Source: Camelus dromedarius (Eukaryota). Taken from it: a stretch of DNA of 64,000 nt. Each line of letters begins with the position of its first letter. Positions within the stretch are counted from its first letter, which is position 1. This document shows, piece after piece, positions 39,147 to 52,703 of the stretch. Location of the stretch: assembly GCF_036321535.1 (NCBI RefSeq), contig NC_087436.1, positions 73,472,001-73,536,000 on the forward strand, written 5' to 3'. The notes below the pieces were generated by a model, which saw nothing but the letters and a program-made list of their open reading frames with translations, was not told the origin of the DNA and did no database searches. A program made the position numbers and the translations under genes.

Positions 39147-39205
39147 CGTATGGCAGCACCGGATTGTGGGGGGGACGTATGGCAGCACCGGATTTGGGGG
39201 GGACG
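39147..39205. repeat. ~29-bp tandem duplication
   Basis: cgtatggcagcaccggatt(g)tggggggga x2. Confidence 0.9.
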
Positions 39206-40464
39206 ATGAGGGACAGAAACTGAAAGAGAGCAGGTGCCAACTTTGTGGATGGGAAGTGGTCCAGCGGGAGGGTAAGTAGGGGCAAACTCCTGGAGATCAG
39301 AATAGAGAGGTTTGGGACGTTGGGAGTCAGAGGGCAACGGGGTAAATTTGAAGCCTGAAGGACATGTATAAATCAAGCATTTTGTATTTTACCCTGAAGG
39401 CAATGGGGAAGTACGAGGTATGTTAGACAAGAGACAAACCAGATGAGGTTTTCTTAAAAATATCACACAGGCTCCAGTAAGAACAAAGGAGGAGCCAGAA
39501 GGAAAACAGAAGGCAAGGCATGCCTTTAACATCTAAGGCAGCTGGCATAATAATTTACCTTTCATTCATAACTCCCTTCCCTTTCGCTATTCATTTGATT
39601 CATAAGATTTTTCAAGGTCATTTCATTTTCTTACTATGAGTTGAATTTAAAAAAAAAGTTTTTAACCTAAATATAGTTTCATTTTATGGCAATGTCTCTT
39701 GTCTATCTCACAGTAAATACTTCTCTTGATAAATATATTTTGGATCTTACGCAAACAGCGTAGCCCCTTAATTTTCCCATTAATTTTTAATTTTAATTTT
39801 TTTTTTTTTTTTTTTACTGCTAGCCCTGCCCAGAGATCTCCTAAACTCAGTGCCCAATTTAGGGAGGAAATGCACAGAGGGGATAATACCCAGGGAAGGG
39901 AGGGTACATTTAACTGCCTGAGGTCCCCACCTGGAGTTCCTTAAAGATGCAAATTTAAGGAACCTGAGGAAAAAGAACACCTACAACTGTCTGGGCTGCA
40001 CCTGCAGGCTACCTGGGAGGTAAAGGCCCAGCCAGAGAAAACAAGAGGCCTAAAGTAAATCCATTTAATTCTCAAAATTAAAAGGACCCAGGCAGAACCT
40101 GAAGGGGATTCCAGTTTACCATTTCAACAGAAGTCAGGATTATAGACTAGCTCCAAAGTCACCTGCTGCTAGTTTCCAGTCTGTCCTCAGCAATGATTAG
40201 CTATTTAGAAAACAAAAGGCCTGGGCTGATCAGGACCACCAGAGAATACTCCGCACCCAGCAGTGGACCTGGGGAGAGGAGTCCCCTGAGAAAGAGCTGA
40301 GGATGGGGGATGCCAGCTGGGAAAAAAGGAGAGTGGGGGTGGACGAGGCTCTGAGGCTAAGGAGTGGAGAGCCCCGGAACCCAGGAAAGGTTCTACAGCC
40401 ACTTAAAAGAGCTCCCACCTGAGCACTGGCAATGTCCTTAAGAATGGGCAGGGAGCACCTGGCA

Positions 40465-40557
40465 GGGGAGAGAGTATAGCTCAGTGGTAGAGCACATGCT
40501 TAGCATGCTCAGGCTCCTGGGTTCACTTCCCAGTGCCTCCATTAAAAAAAAAAAAAA
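40465..40557 (+). mobile_element. tRNA-Ala-derived SINE (head plus poly-A only)
   Basis: gtatagctcagtggtagagcacatgcttagcatgc...cctccatt followed by A14. Confidence 0.85.
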
Positions 40558-42849
40558 GAGTGGGTAGTGGGGCAGGAGCTGTGGAAGAGGGCCATGGAGG
40601 AATGAGTGGGAGGGCTTCTCAGTATCTAGACCATTAGATATCAGAAAGTCTTACTGTCCTTGAAACTCATAGATCATAGTAATAGAAGCTATCACATAGT
40701 AATAGAAGCTATTATTGAGCACAGAAATAGTGCTTAGAATAATGAGTACTTGCTACGTGTCAGGTCCTGTTTAAGAGTCTTTACTTATACACACACGTAT
40801 ATACACATATGTACATAAATACACACACACCACTCATTTAATCCTCACAGTAGTCCTATCAGGCCAGTTCTATTATTATTGCCATTTTATATATGAGGAA
40901 ACAGTCTCAGAGAGTTTATATATGTTACGAGATATAATTCACAGGTGAGTCCTTTGAAAACTCTAAGATCCTACTTCCTCTTGAACTTGAAGCTATTCTA
41001 ATACCCCTGGATATTGAGGCAGTATTATATATTATATATTCTTGTGTAGTGTAGACTCTGCAGCCCTACTGGGTTTGAATCCCAAGCTGTGCCTCTTGAT
41101 GGCTGTATGACTTTGGCCAAATAATTACAGGATGGATATAATAACAGTAAGGTGCCCTCCTAACCATGGTTAGGAGGATTCTATTAGCTAAAGCAGGCAA
41201 AGTCCTTAGAACAATGCCTGGAACACAGTGCATGCTCAGTGAAGGAGCCAACTACTAAAGGTCCACATCAGACCACAAGTAGCAAATCAGAGTGGACTAT
41301 TCTGCACAGCAGTGGGAACTGACAGCTAACAACTTCATCAGCAAAAGGGAAATGTAAAAGCGTAAATAACCAAGTTTATCAGTGGAAATGTGTTCCACGG
41401 GAGAAGAGCGTAGTAAAAGACAGATATGTGCGTGATCTGACTCTTCAGCCCTGCACATTCACAACCAACCAGGTTAGGGTGAAGGAACTGACCTGAGATA
41501 ACATCTACAACATTTCAGATAAGCATCAAATTGATGAATGAGGGTACCATTCACGTTTCTTCTATAAAGGATCATTATTGGTAAGCTTCATTAGAGTCCT
41601 AGGATTTAACAACTCAGTTTAGAAAAATGTTGATTGGCCCTCGTCTTGCCAAATATAAAAATTTTTTTTTTGGATAATGTAAAATTTTATTATTTAACAT
41701 TGCTTCACCATCGTAGTTATTGTACATATGACTATTACTAAAGGTCACTTTGCAGAGTGGCTGTAAAATGGCCTGAAATTTTAGCAGCTTGCCAAATATA
41801 AATTTTATAAAATTAAAATAAACTTGTATCTTTCAACCTTTATGGCATTTATTCAGAGCAGAGTTGGATTTAATGAAATAATCTACCATTCAATATTAAA
41901 TACTGAATCTGGAGGATAAATCTTGAGAATAAAAATGTAAACATAATCCCAATTGAATGAATTAGCTAATTGGTTTTCTTAGCTGTTACCATTAACAGCT
42001 GCTTGAGGTCAATGTATACATAAAATAGAAATTTATTCACAGTAAATTCAAATGCATATGTAACAAACAGACCCTCTATTATCAAGTATGTGAATTGACA
42101 AAGTGAGTTAGGACTATGCTGAGTGCTGGAATGGCTTCTCCCTGCTGGGGACAGGTGTTGTCTGAAGGGAAGTATCCTCAATTCCAAACCAGAAGACTAG
42201 GCACTGTGAGGGTGGGCCTAAGAAAGGCCGTCAGGACATCTCCCTTGCTCTGTCTTTCCCCCACTAGACTTGACTCTGTGAGGGAACCTTGTATTTTGTT
42301 CTGCCCAGCCCTAGCACCAACCCTGGGAAATGATTCCTGGATGTTGGAGATAAAGAGGGCTCAATCTGCATCAATAATCCAAGAGCTAGGAAGACAGGAT
42401 GCCCAGTGAGCTGCAAAATGACAATCAATACTCTCTCCTTATAAACCAGATTATAAAGACTGGCATCACTCTCACTCTTGGAGTTTATTTCCTTGTGGTT
42501 ATGTCCCAGCAGACAGAACCCAGCTTTAGTTAGGCTCAGCTGCAGACCTGATTCACAGCCAGTGACAGGCCAACTGCCTGGGAAGGGAAACAGTGCCTCC
42601 TAGGGGCCAACATGCTGGAAGCAGCAGTAATTTGTGAGAGACCCGAAAAGGGACATCCTGGGGGACACAATAATATGATCTAGTTGATCCTCTCCACTGG
42701 GATCTTCTTCAAGTGTAAAATCTGAAATTCTGCGGCTCATTTTTACTTAAAAAGTGTCTTTTTTATAGAATCATCTATTTAAAAGGTCACTAACCTGTTC
42801 ATCATGATTCCTTTCAATTCCATTAACTCACTTTCAACTCCAGCTTGGT

Positions 42850-43283
42850 GCTAGAGTTTGAATATTTGTGTCCCCCCACAAATTCTTTTTTTTTTTTGTA
42901 ACATTTTTTATTGATTTATAATCATTTTACAATGTTGTGTCAAATCCCCCACAAATTCTTAGCTTAAAACCCTAACCCCCAGTGTGATGGCACTTTAGGT
43001 AGGGCCTTTGGGAGGTGATGAGATCATGAGGGCTCCAAATGGGATTAGGGCCCTCAGTCAGAAAAGAGGCCCAAGAAATTTCCCTTGTCCCTTCTGCCAT
43101 GTGAGGACACAGCAAAAAGATGAAAGTCTATGAACCAGGAAGGGCGTCCTCATCAGACAAGGAATCTACCTGGTGGCTTGATCTTGGGCCTCCAGTTTCT
43201 AGAATTGGGGGAAATAAATTTCTGTTGTTTTTAAGTCACCCAGTCTATGGTATTCTGTTACAGTGGCTCAAATGGAGTAAGAC
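42850..43283 (+). mobile_element. MLT1A-like MaLR LTR interrupted by a tiny L1 insertion
   Basis: gtgtccccc..aaattc..ccctaacccccagtgtgatgg..gggcctttgggaggtga..gaaataaatttctgttgtt..ccagtctatggtattctgttacag. Confidence 0.85.
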
Positions 43284-44377
43284 CCTTAGGTAATAACAAA
43301 CCAGCTCTGATGACCCTTGGCTTCAATTGTATTCAATTTCAGTTGATGGAAACAAAAAGTTTATTGAACATCCCACCACATACCAGGTACTGTGCCAGGT
43401 ACTAAGCACTAAGCCATTACTGAATATTAATGAAAGCTTATATAAATGGTCAAGTGTAGTGTGTGTTCGGACCACTTCTTAAGTTGGTGGATGACTCAAC
43501 ACGAGAAGCCAAAAGTGCAGTCTCTTCTTGTCTACATCTGTTCTGGCGAGATCGCAGGTTTGTCTCAGACTGGAAACAACTGGGAAACACTGTTACTGGG
43601 CGGACCTCTGTAACCCACTGGTTAGAATTCCCCTTCTCACAGATTACCTACTTCTCCAAAGTGGGAGAGCTTACCTAGGGGAAGGACCAGGGTTAAGCTA
43701 TGGCAGTTGTCAGCAGTAGCCAATGACATGCCCAGAGGTAGATGTGGACAATCAGGAGTGGGCACAGCCTCCACAGTCAGAAAAATCTCAGATCAAATCC
43801 CAGTAGTTGAGCTTTGTGACCTTGGCAGGTTACTTAACATTTCTCCTTCAGTAGTTTCCTTTCATAGAATGGGGATGAAAGTTAAGGAGGCTGAGATAGT
43901 TAATGGAGACAATACACATAAAGTGCTTAGCATAAGAAACTGGTGGTAGTAATGGTTCTTGTTAGGAAATAACACTACCATCACACTCAGGTAAAACTGA
44001 ATATTCCAAAGGGTTGTCACAAAAGGATACATCAAATCTCCTGTCTTCCCATCCGCCTTCCACTCTGTAAGCCAAGATAAAGGAGAACATAGGCAACAAT
44101 AACGAGGCGACATTTATTTAGTACAGCTCTTCACTGGACCAGAATGGACACCTGACCCAAGCTTAACCAGTCAGATTCCCAGAGTCAGTTATGGGAAGGG
44201 GAGCTGTGAGGTTATGTTGAGTTTGGTCTGGGGTCCAGGCAGTGGCCAAGGTCACTTGCAAGCTTGGCAGCAGAGAGGCCGCAGGTCGGCAGAGAAAGCA
44301 GGGTTCAAGGAGAATAGAATGGAATAGATTCACTGAAAAAAGCACAGATGAGACTATGAAGCCTGACACAGGTAGGT

Positions 44378-44378
<1 letters not shown>

Positions 44379-44417
<39 letters not shown>

Positions 44418-44450
44418 CACACACACATGCACACACGCACATGCACGCAC
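44379..44450. repeat. (CA)n microsatellite with degenerate CACG/CATG tail
   Basis: Seen directly. Confidence 0.95.
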
Positions 44451-45489
44451 AGTACCCTCATGTTGACTCTCCAGTTCTCATGAAGCCAGACTGTACTTCC
44501 TGAAGATTTCCTCCAAGATTCCCTTATATAGTTACAGTAGACCCTTCCTTGACCTGAGTTCTTTTACAAGGCTTTCTGTTCATTTAAATAGGAGGGACCT
44601 CAGACTCTCACAGAACTTCTCCGCAACCTTAGAGGATGCAATTTCAGAATAACAAGAACAGAAGTACCATCACAGTTGAGGTGAAGAGTGAACCACAGGG
44701 AGGACGGAGGATGTAGAGGCAGAGGTGCAAGTATAAAGCTCGGTATCTACATGTTTCAAATTTTGTTATTTCAGGGACCCAGAGGTCTCTGACAGACAGT
44801 GCACGGTCACTTAAAAATGTGAGAAAGAGGCAAGCTACTGCATGAGCAAAGGACCTGCATTTGCACCCCAATGGGGCTGTTAACTGATTTTTACTCCTTT
44901 CTAAAATATTCATTCATTCGTTTACATCTTAATCATTTTGTGAGGGAGATGATGCATTCTAGCGGTATTTGACAATGTGAGGGACTTAGGAAGGCCACAG
45001 CTATATCTCCCAGGAACATCCAGGTCATAAGGCACTTTTCAAAACAAACAAACAAACAAACAAACTTGGCTATGAAAGGAAGGAGGAAGGGGAAGGGGAG
45101 GTACCTAAACCTGGGAAGACTTCAGGATCTTTCCCCAAGACAAATATACGTTAAGGGTGAAATCTGTTCCCAGAATCACACCACTGTTCTTTTTCCAACT
45201 TTCTTGCCTTTCCTAAGTTACCTCCTGCCACAGGACCCTCATACTGCTTAGTCTGAAACCTACTCAAATCTACCCTCTCCAGACAGTACCTAATGGTCCT
45301 CTTTTCAGTTAAAATGTTTATACTCGCAAAGCATGGCTCCCATTTAGCTCTTGAGGTATATGACAGAATTGATTCACACCAATACACAAAGGCTGGTTAA
45401 GCCTAATGATGATGTACTCTTTGCATTGATATTTGCATCTTAAAAGAAGATGTCTGTTGATCCAGAAGGCTCAGTCCTTCATGGGATAT

Positions 45490-45640
45490 TTTTTTCCTTT
45501 CTTCTTTGTTGTTGTTTTGGTTTGGGGTGGGGGGGTTGGGTTTATTTATTTACTCATTTATTTTAATGGAGGTACTGAGGACTGAACCCAGGACCTCGTG
45601 TATGCTAAGCATGCTTTCTACCACTGAGCTATACCCTCCC
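45490..45640 (-). mobile_element. tRNA-Ala-derived SINE
   Basis: Reverse head ctgaacccaggacc...ccactgagctataccc. TSD-like cttcatgg(g/c)ata. Confidence 0.87.
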
Positions 45641-47439
45641 TGCTTCATGGCATACTTTTATGCACTGTAACCATTTGTTGGGCAGATATTTTTTGATCCA
45701 AGGGTCTTTCCAGGACCTCATAAATCACACTGTCTACTCCTACTAGAACAGAAGTTTCACAAAGGCAGACATTTTATGTGTCTTTAATCACATTTCATGT
45801 GTTTTTAATCACTGCTGAGTCTCCAATGTCCACAACAGTACATAGCATAGTAATTGCTCGATTAATGTTTGTGGAACGAATAAGTGATGATGCCAAGATT
45901 CAAATCAAAGATTATCTGAATTTAAACTGTAATGTTCTTTCTACTGTATGAAGCACTCTCTCTAATAATCTCTTCACCTCCCTTACAGTAAAATGAATAG
46001 AGGAAAGAAAGAATAGAAAGGAGGGAAGAAAATAGATGGTACCAAAATGGGTGAAATGAAATTCAGGCTCAGGTACCAGCTGCATTATGGGGCCCCTTGG
46101 GTCTCTCCTTGAAAGCAAGCTAACAGTTTTGTTGGGGCTCCAGACGTTTCTCTTCCAAAACTGTTTCTACTTAATATCTTTTCTAAGTTTGCTATTATTT
46201 GTAATTATTTAGAGAAAAAAAAAAGAGGCACTTTTTTAAAGAAAAATTTATCCAGCAGAAATTATGGAACAGCTGCAAGAAGAAAACATCACCAATATCC
46301 CTCCATCAAAATATAACTGTTCTGAATTCGCATCTTGTTACATTTCCTTCTAGGCTTCTTCCTACACATGTTTCAAACTTAGCTATGATCGTTGGGTATG
46401 TATAATTTTGTATCCTGATTTTTCACTTTTATACTATCATTTTTAAAATTTCTGTCATGTACTGATATTATTATTCCGTGATGTTCACTGTAAAATTCTG
46501 AGTTAAATGGAGTGAAATTTTGCTGCCAATTGGTATTAAAATTTCATGTTCTTTCATACTGATTCTGTGACAACGGAATTTTAAAATTCCAATTCTTGCC
46601 ATTGGCAGGAGACAAGAGTTTTACAATTCTCCCTTTTTGTTAAATACTTTAAAAACTGTGAAGAATCAATAAAACACGTGGTTGTGTTTATTTAGAAGGG
46701 TGAGCAAACGCCATTATTCTGACATTTTCCTCTCCCAGGTCTTACCAGATTATAAGCCCTGGAGGAATTAATAGCCACTGCCTCAAAAGAGAACAAATGC
46801 CTTGGACTATAAGGAGGGGAACGTGCCCAAATATAAAGAAATTTAAGTCAAGTTTTTATTTATTTAGTATAAACATAATGTTATCATCATCATCTTCATC
46901 TAGTAAACAGAACAATTCTACAACAGTTGTGTAGAATACAATATAGAGATGGTTTTAATCATATAGCAGAAAAGATGTCAAAAGATTTAGGAGAAAATAG
47001 AACCAGCAAAAGGAAACTTTTGTGTAGGGACCAGACTAGGGTTTGCAGACATGTTCTGCTATTCACTAGCTACATGACCATAAGTGATCAACAAAACAAA
47101 ACAAATAAACAAAACCCTGTTCCTGCAGGTTGGGGAAGGATATTTTAAAGTATCAACCATGTTTCAGGCTCCTTGGTAGATGTTTCACAAGCATTATTTA
47201 ATTTCATCCTAACAGTGATGCTATTGGGTTGGCAAATTGCAGTAAGTTTTTATTCTCTCCTCTTTAATAAGCGAACCCCAATTTTACTGTGGGTAGCAAT
47301 ATACTGATACCAAAACAAAATTATATATAATAATGCATTTCCCAGGCACTCCTGTAAAGGTTGGACACAGTCCTTCATAAAATAGGTAGAAGTTGAAAGA
47401 TAGAACTTCCTGGAAACCTTTTTATAAGAATGGCAGACT

Positions 47440-48295
47440 GGTAACTACCATTGATTCAGGTAAGAATACAACCAGATGCTAAAACTGAATGGTGAAAGTT
47501 TGATGAGACACAGGATATTTCTCAGTCTTAATAAATGATAAAATGATACTTATTGATTACAAAGGGAAGAACAGTTAACTGTGCAGTGGAGAAGTTTGGC
47601 AGACAACACCTTAAACAAATGACCAAAATTAATATTGCCAATAATGGGACAAATAAATGTTGCGTACCTCCGGAGATAATGCACTGGGAGAAGGACAGCA
47701 CTTCTGCGATGTTCCTAGCAAAGATGCCAAAGATGCACAATCAGAACCTAATCAGGAAGATCACACAAATCTGAACTGAGGAGCATTCTATTAAAAACTG
47801 ACAACGTACTCTTCAAAATATCAAAATCATAAAAGACAAAGACAGAGGAATTATTCTAGATTAAAGGCAACTGTAGAGATACAACATCTAAATGCAGTAT
47901 GTAATCCTGGTTTGGATGCTGGGCATGAAAAAAAAAATTTGTTTTCCCTAAAAAGGAAAATTGGGACTCCTGGCGAAAATGTAAATAAGGTCTGTAGATT
48001 AGATAACTGCAACATTATTGGAGTTAATTTTCTGGTTTTGATCACTGCACTGTGTTACTTAAGAAAATGTTTTCATTGTTAGGAATTAGACACTGAAGTA
48101 TGTAAGGGGTAAAGGTACATCATGCCTACAAATTCAGAGAAAAAAATATATACTTCAAGAGAAAAAAAAAGATAAAATAATTGGGGTAAAATGTTAACGT
48201 CTGAGGAATCTGGGTGAAGAATATATGGGAATTCTTAGTACAACTTTTGCAAACTCTCTGCAATTCTAAAATTAGTTCAAAAGAAAAGTTACAAG
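47440..48295 (+). mobile_element. L1MC-like 3' region inserted into an older MLT1-type LTR (flanks ~47230-47430 and ~48320-48510)
   Basis: gtggagaagtttggcagacaacacc..aatattgccaataatgggac..caacatctaaatgcagtatg..gaatatatgggaattcttagtac..tttgcaaact. Confidence 0.75.
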
Positions 48296-50929
48296 AGTAA
48301 AAGAGTTGGGGGTGGGTATCAGCTGATAGATAAATTTTGACCTTGACTTTTGCCCTTCTTTCTTTCCAGATAAGGTGCAATACTGGAGAGGAAGCAACCA
48401 GCTTGTAGCAACTACGAGGAAAGACTCAAGTCAAGGATGGCTGAGCAGAAAGATTCCAGCTTAGATCCCAGACAATTTGTTTTATGGCATTCTTGCGTTT
48501 TCTGTGACAAGGCAAGGTAATCAAAATGGATATAGCAAAGTTAAGTAATTTGCCCAAGGCTACACCATTCAAAAGTGTCTGGACTAGAATGAAAACCCAG
48601 TTTTGTATAGGTTTGCAAATAAAACATACCCTTATGGTCTATATCATGCTGAAGCCCTGGCTTCGCTCTCTATGAAAGAGGAATAAGAATTTTAGCACTC
48701 CACTATGAGATACACAAGCAAAGAACCTATAGCAGAGCCTGGCAATGAGAACAGAGACTCAAATATTTGCTGAATCAGTAGTTCAGGAAACCAAGCACAT
48801 CTGTTTTCAGTATTCTGTTATCCCAGGCTATTTTTAAGTATGGTTAAAAAAAAAAAAAGCTGTATTTATGTGGGTAAAATACTCTGGCTGCAGATATTAG
48901 TCAGCAGTTTCATTCAGTTTCTTGGATCTCTCTCACCACTCTCCCCTTCTTCTGCCTCTTCTCTCCTTCATAAGAAGCCCTTCTAATCTCTCTTTATCAA
49001 TCAGCTCCTGCAACTCCATCTCCCCCTCCACTTCCCAAAAACAGGGAGGGGCTGAGTATGGATTTGGGGAGAAAAGCTCCAAGTGGCTCATTCTGCTGGG
49101 GAAGGCAGGAGCTAGCCCACAAGAAGTGCCATCCTTCCTAAAATGGCAGGGAAAAACAAAACACAGGGAGCCTGAGTCTCTGGCCAGAGCTGAGTAGCTA
49201 CCTACAGGCCAAGGTTCTAAAAACTCCAGGCAGAAGAGTGAAAATTACAGGAAGGCGCTGAATCCAGGTCCAACCAACCCATTAGCTGTGCAACTCTTCT
49301 GAAGTTGAAGGACACAACAGAATTTGGAATCACTTATTCTCTTAAAATGAAAGGTGTTAAATATGTAGTTTCATTGATTTGTTTTAAATGGGATGAATTT
49401 TAAGCTTTAAAAAAAACAAAGATCTTAATATTTATTATACTATGAAATAAGTACCAAAATACCAGTAGAGTCGTTTTGCTTCAACCCAGATGCTCTTGTA
49501 CCAGACCTACATAGCAGCACCCTCACAGGAAGGAGACTGGCTATGGCAATGGCCCACTGAGACCTTGGATTCTGAGCTATTTAAGATACACTATGAACAC
49601 TGGAAGAAAGGGAGCAGTTTAAGGACTTGGGTCTGGGCCACTTTGGAGTCAGACTGTGGCTGTGCCCTGGAAGGGCCATGTGTGTATACGGGTATTGGCG
49701 GTGGGGAGAGGGTAGTGGGGAGAGTAAGCTGGAGCTCTTGCAGCTCTTTATACTACCCACGATTCGTGCGGTGTGTGAGGACCCTGGGCAACGCAGCATC
49801 AGGGAACAGTCAAGCCAAACAGCAGTCTTCTCTGCTTTGCCTCTTCGTGCTCATGAGCTCATCTTTCATTTCTCTACCCCAGGGACTCCTGAGCTGCTAG
49901 CAGACAATTATGTCCACACCCAACTCCCTTTTCTCTCCTCAAACTGTATGCCAGTTCTGGACCCTCCACCTAATATTTACAAGTTATTGCACCCATCCCA
50001 ATTATTCGTACAGTGTACTCACCAATCACAGGCCTTTGGTTCCTTACAGTCCACATCATTAAAGAACTGGAACAGGGGAGAGAGGGGACCTGGGAGGTCT
50101 GACCTGGCTTTGAATAGTTCCCGTCCAGCTCAGCTTGCATCCTGCTGGAGGCCCCATCTGCACTGACAGCCTGTCCTCTCATGAGATAGCCTACAGAGTC
50201 CCCTGCTTTTGGACTCACTTGGCCACAGACTCAGGTCAGTGAGACAGATCAGCTGCAACTTGCTCTGGGAACAAGGATTGCTGGTGAAGGTGGCAATGAC
50301 TCCATAATGTCATCTTAAGCTTCCATGGAATCTTGGCATCACTCAGTAATGGGAACTTCAAAGGACTTGGTCTAGCTGTGGAATGGGAAGGTAAAACCTT
50401 CAACCCCATCCTGGCTCTTCAGGACCTGCCTGTTTCACTAGTTGTGGGGCAGGGAGAACACGGTGGGTGTGGAGGGTCCACAAATTTTCCACAGGGCATA
50501 GAGTGCCAGGGCCTGGATCTGATAAATTTGTCCCTCAATAAACAGTCTTATAAAAAGTTCTTTGGAACTGAAAAATGGGATTTGTTAATTTAGGTGTTTC
50601 ATAAGTAAGCAATCCTCTTGATTGTTTTTATTTCTTATTTATTTATTGTAATAAATTTACATAAATACATTTATTTTATATTTTTTATTTATTATTATTC
50701 CATTCCATAGAATGGAAACACAGGTTTACTGTACTTTTTTAAAAGAGGCTGTAGGTAGAGCTTTGTTTGCAGATATAAATACGAAGCAATGTAAAATTAT
50801 TTTATTAAATACTACAACATGATCTTCTGAACTTTTTGCAGAACAGAACTGATATTAGCAAATACTAGTGGCACTACTGGAAAAAACATTCTTAAAAAAA
50901 ATGGCAAGCAGTCAAGTCTATGAGGGGAT

Positions 50930-51480
50930 ATAGTGAGCATCTATTGTCTTTCCTATCCTGATAAACTTTCTCCTGGCACAGTATCCCAGCTTTCTTTTGA
51001 AGAAAGTCCCTGTTCCCCTGTTCTTAATGCCATGTGCTTTGAGATGAGGGGAGGACTCCCAGTGCTTGTTTTAGAGGTGGGCATATGAATCAAAGCCAAT
51101 CAGAGCATCTCACACACAGGACTGTAGGAATGGACCAGACACATGGGCATGTGCCACTGTAAGATCCAATGAATCATAAAAGGATTTTTGCTGGGATACT
51201 AGGGAGAGAGGTTAGGAGTCGCCCTCCATGAACTTGGTCCTGGGAGACTACAGGACTGCAGGAACTGACAGCCATCTTGCCCTTGTATGGAGTCAGAGAA
51301 AGAAACCAATATAAAGAGCAGAGTCCAGATACAATGAAAGCCCAGATGCTGAAGAGATTACCTTGAAATGCCCCAGATTAAGGCATCTCTGAATTAACAG
51401 AATTTTCAGTAACATGAGCCAATAAAGTTTGAGTTGAGTACTATTACAGGGTAATATCTTTAAATGTTCGGTTGTTAAGA
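50930..51480 (+). mobile_element. Old MLT1 (J/K/L-type) LTR
   Basis: ggtgggcatatga..gccaatcagagcat..cagccatcttgcc..catgagccaataaa motifs. Confidence 0.6.
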
Positions 51481-52703
51481 AACTGATGATACACACCAAA
51501 GATGTGTGGGTCTCCACTGTAACCTTTATTGAGTACTTACTCTGTTTCATGTACTAAAGTACTAAGCACATTAAAGCTATTATCTAAAAGAATCCTGACA
51601 ACCACATGAGGAGGGTATTATTACTGTTCTCAAAACAGGTAGAACAGGAATTTGAATCCTGTACTCTAGAGCATGTGAGACTACTTAACTATTCCAAGTC
51701 CCTGCCTTGGTCACGTTTCACATCTAAGAGAGGTGGCTGTCCAACATTTTAGTCTCCGAATCTTTTTGTTCAAAGGAAATAGAAAGTATAAACCAATGAA
51801 ATCGATCAAATGGAGCAGGATGGGGGGCCCAGAACCTACTTTCTTGCACCCTCCTCTTCCAAAGAATTCTTAGGGCTTTAAACAATATTTTAAAAGCACT
51901 TCATGGAAAGGATGACAAATACCCCTTCTTATATGTAACAATTTCCAAGATGTATTAAATGGGAAAAAGTAAGGTATGGAACAATGTGTACAATGTGCTG
52001 TATTTATTTGTGTTATTAAAAGAGAGAAATAACATATACATATATCTGGAAGAATAAACAAGAATTATTTCTATTAATTGCCTGGGGGGCCAAGGAACAG
52101 TAGGGAGAACTTTTTGCTAAACACCCTTTGTGTACTTTATATTTTAATCATGTGAATGTATGATCTGTCTTAAAAAGAAGTAGTAATAGGAGTCAGTGAT
52201 GATGACAACAGCTGCATTAGTGTAATGAATTTCAGACCAAGGTGAGCTGGCCACTGGGAGGTTGAGATGGTTTTCCTAATGGGCTGCTATCTGATCCTAA
52301 AAATTAAGTCCATCCTTCCACAGATATTCACCTTTACAGAAGACTAAAGGCTAATCACTAAGTTGGTCATTGAAGGCCAACAGAATAGTCATAAACTAAA
52401 ACTAGTTTATAATATTTTCTGAGGACCCTGATTCAGACTCTACTGAGGAAGTCTGGTGGCCACACGATGAAGCAGTACTGAGGAATTTCTGCTCCCAGGC
52501 GTATAAGCTGAAAGTGGGAATTTTCTCATTCGTGGAATTCACTCATCCATTAGAGAGCTACCAAGTGGTATGTGTCAGATGTGGTGCTAAACACTGAAGA
52601 TAGAGCAACTTACAAAAGGACTGAAATCCCTACCCTTATAGGTTTACCTTCTGGTGATGGTGGGGAAACATACAATAAACAAGATAAAGATGTAAAATAC
52701 ATA

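Noticed and set aside
39147..39205. CAGCACC..GGA repeat as REST/RE1 sites or a CRISPR-like array
   Set aside because: RE1 needs CAGCACCnnGGACAG spacing, which is absent. Only two adjacent units with no spacers, in mammalian DNA.
46575..46590. Perfect 16-bp palindrome GGAATTTTAAAATTCC
   Set aside because: About one 8-bp-arm palindrome is expected by chance in 64 kb, more in AT-rich DNA.
49490..50166. 136-aa and 179-aa plus-strand ORFs
   Set aside because: No recognisable homology or promoter context, and they overlap in different frames. Only the minus-strand splice signals were kept as a finding.
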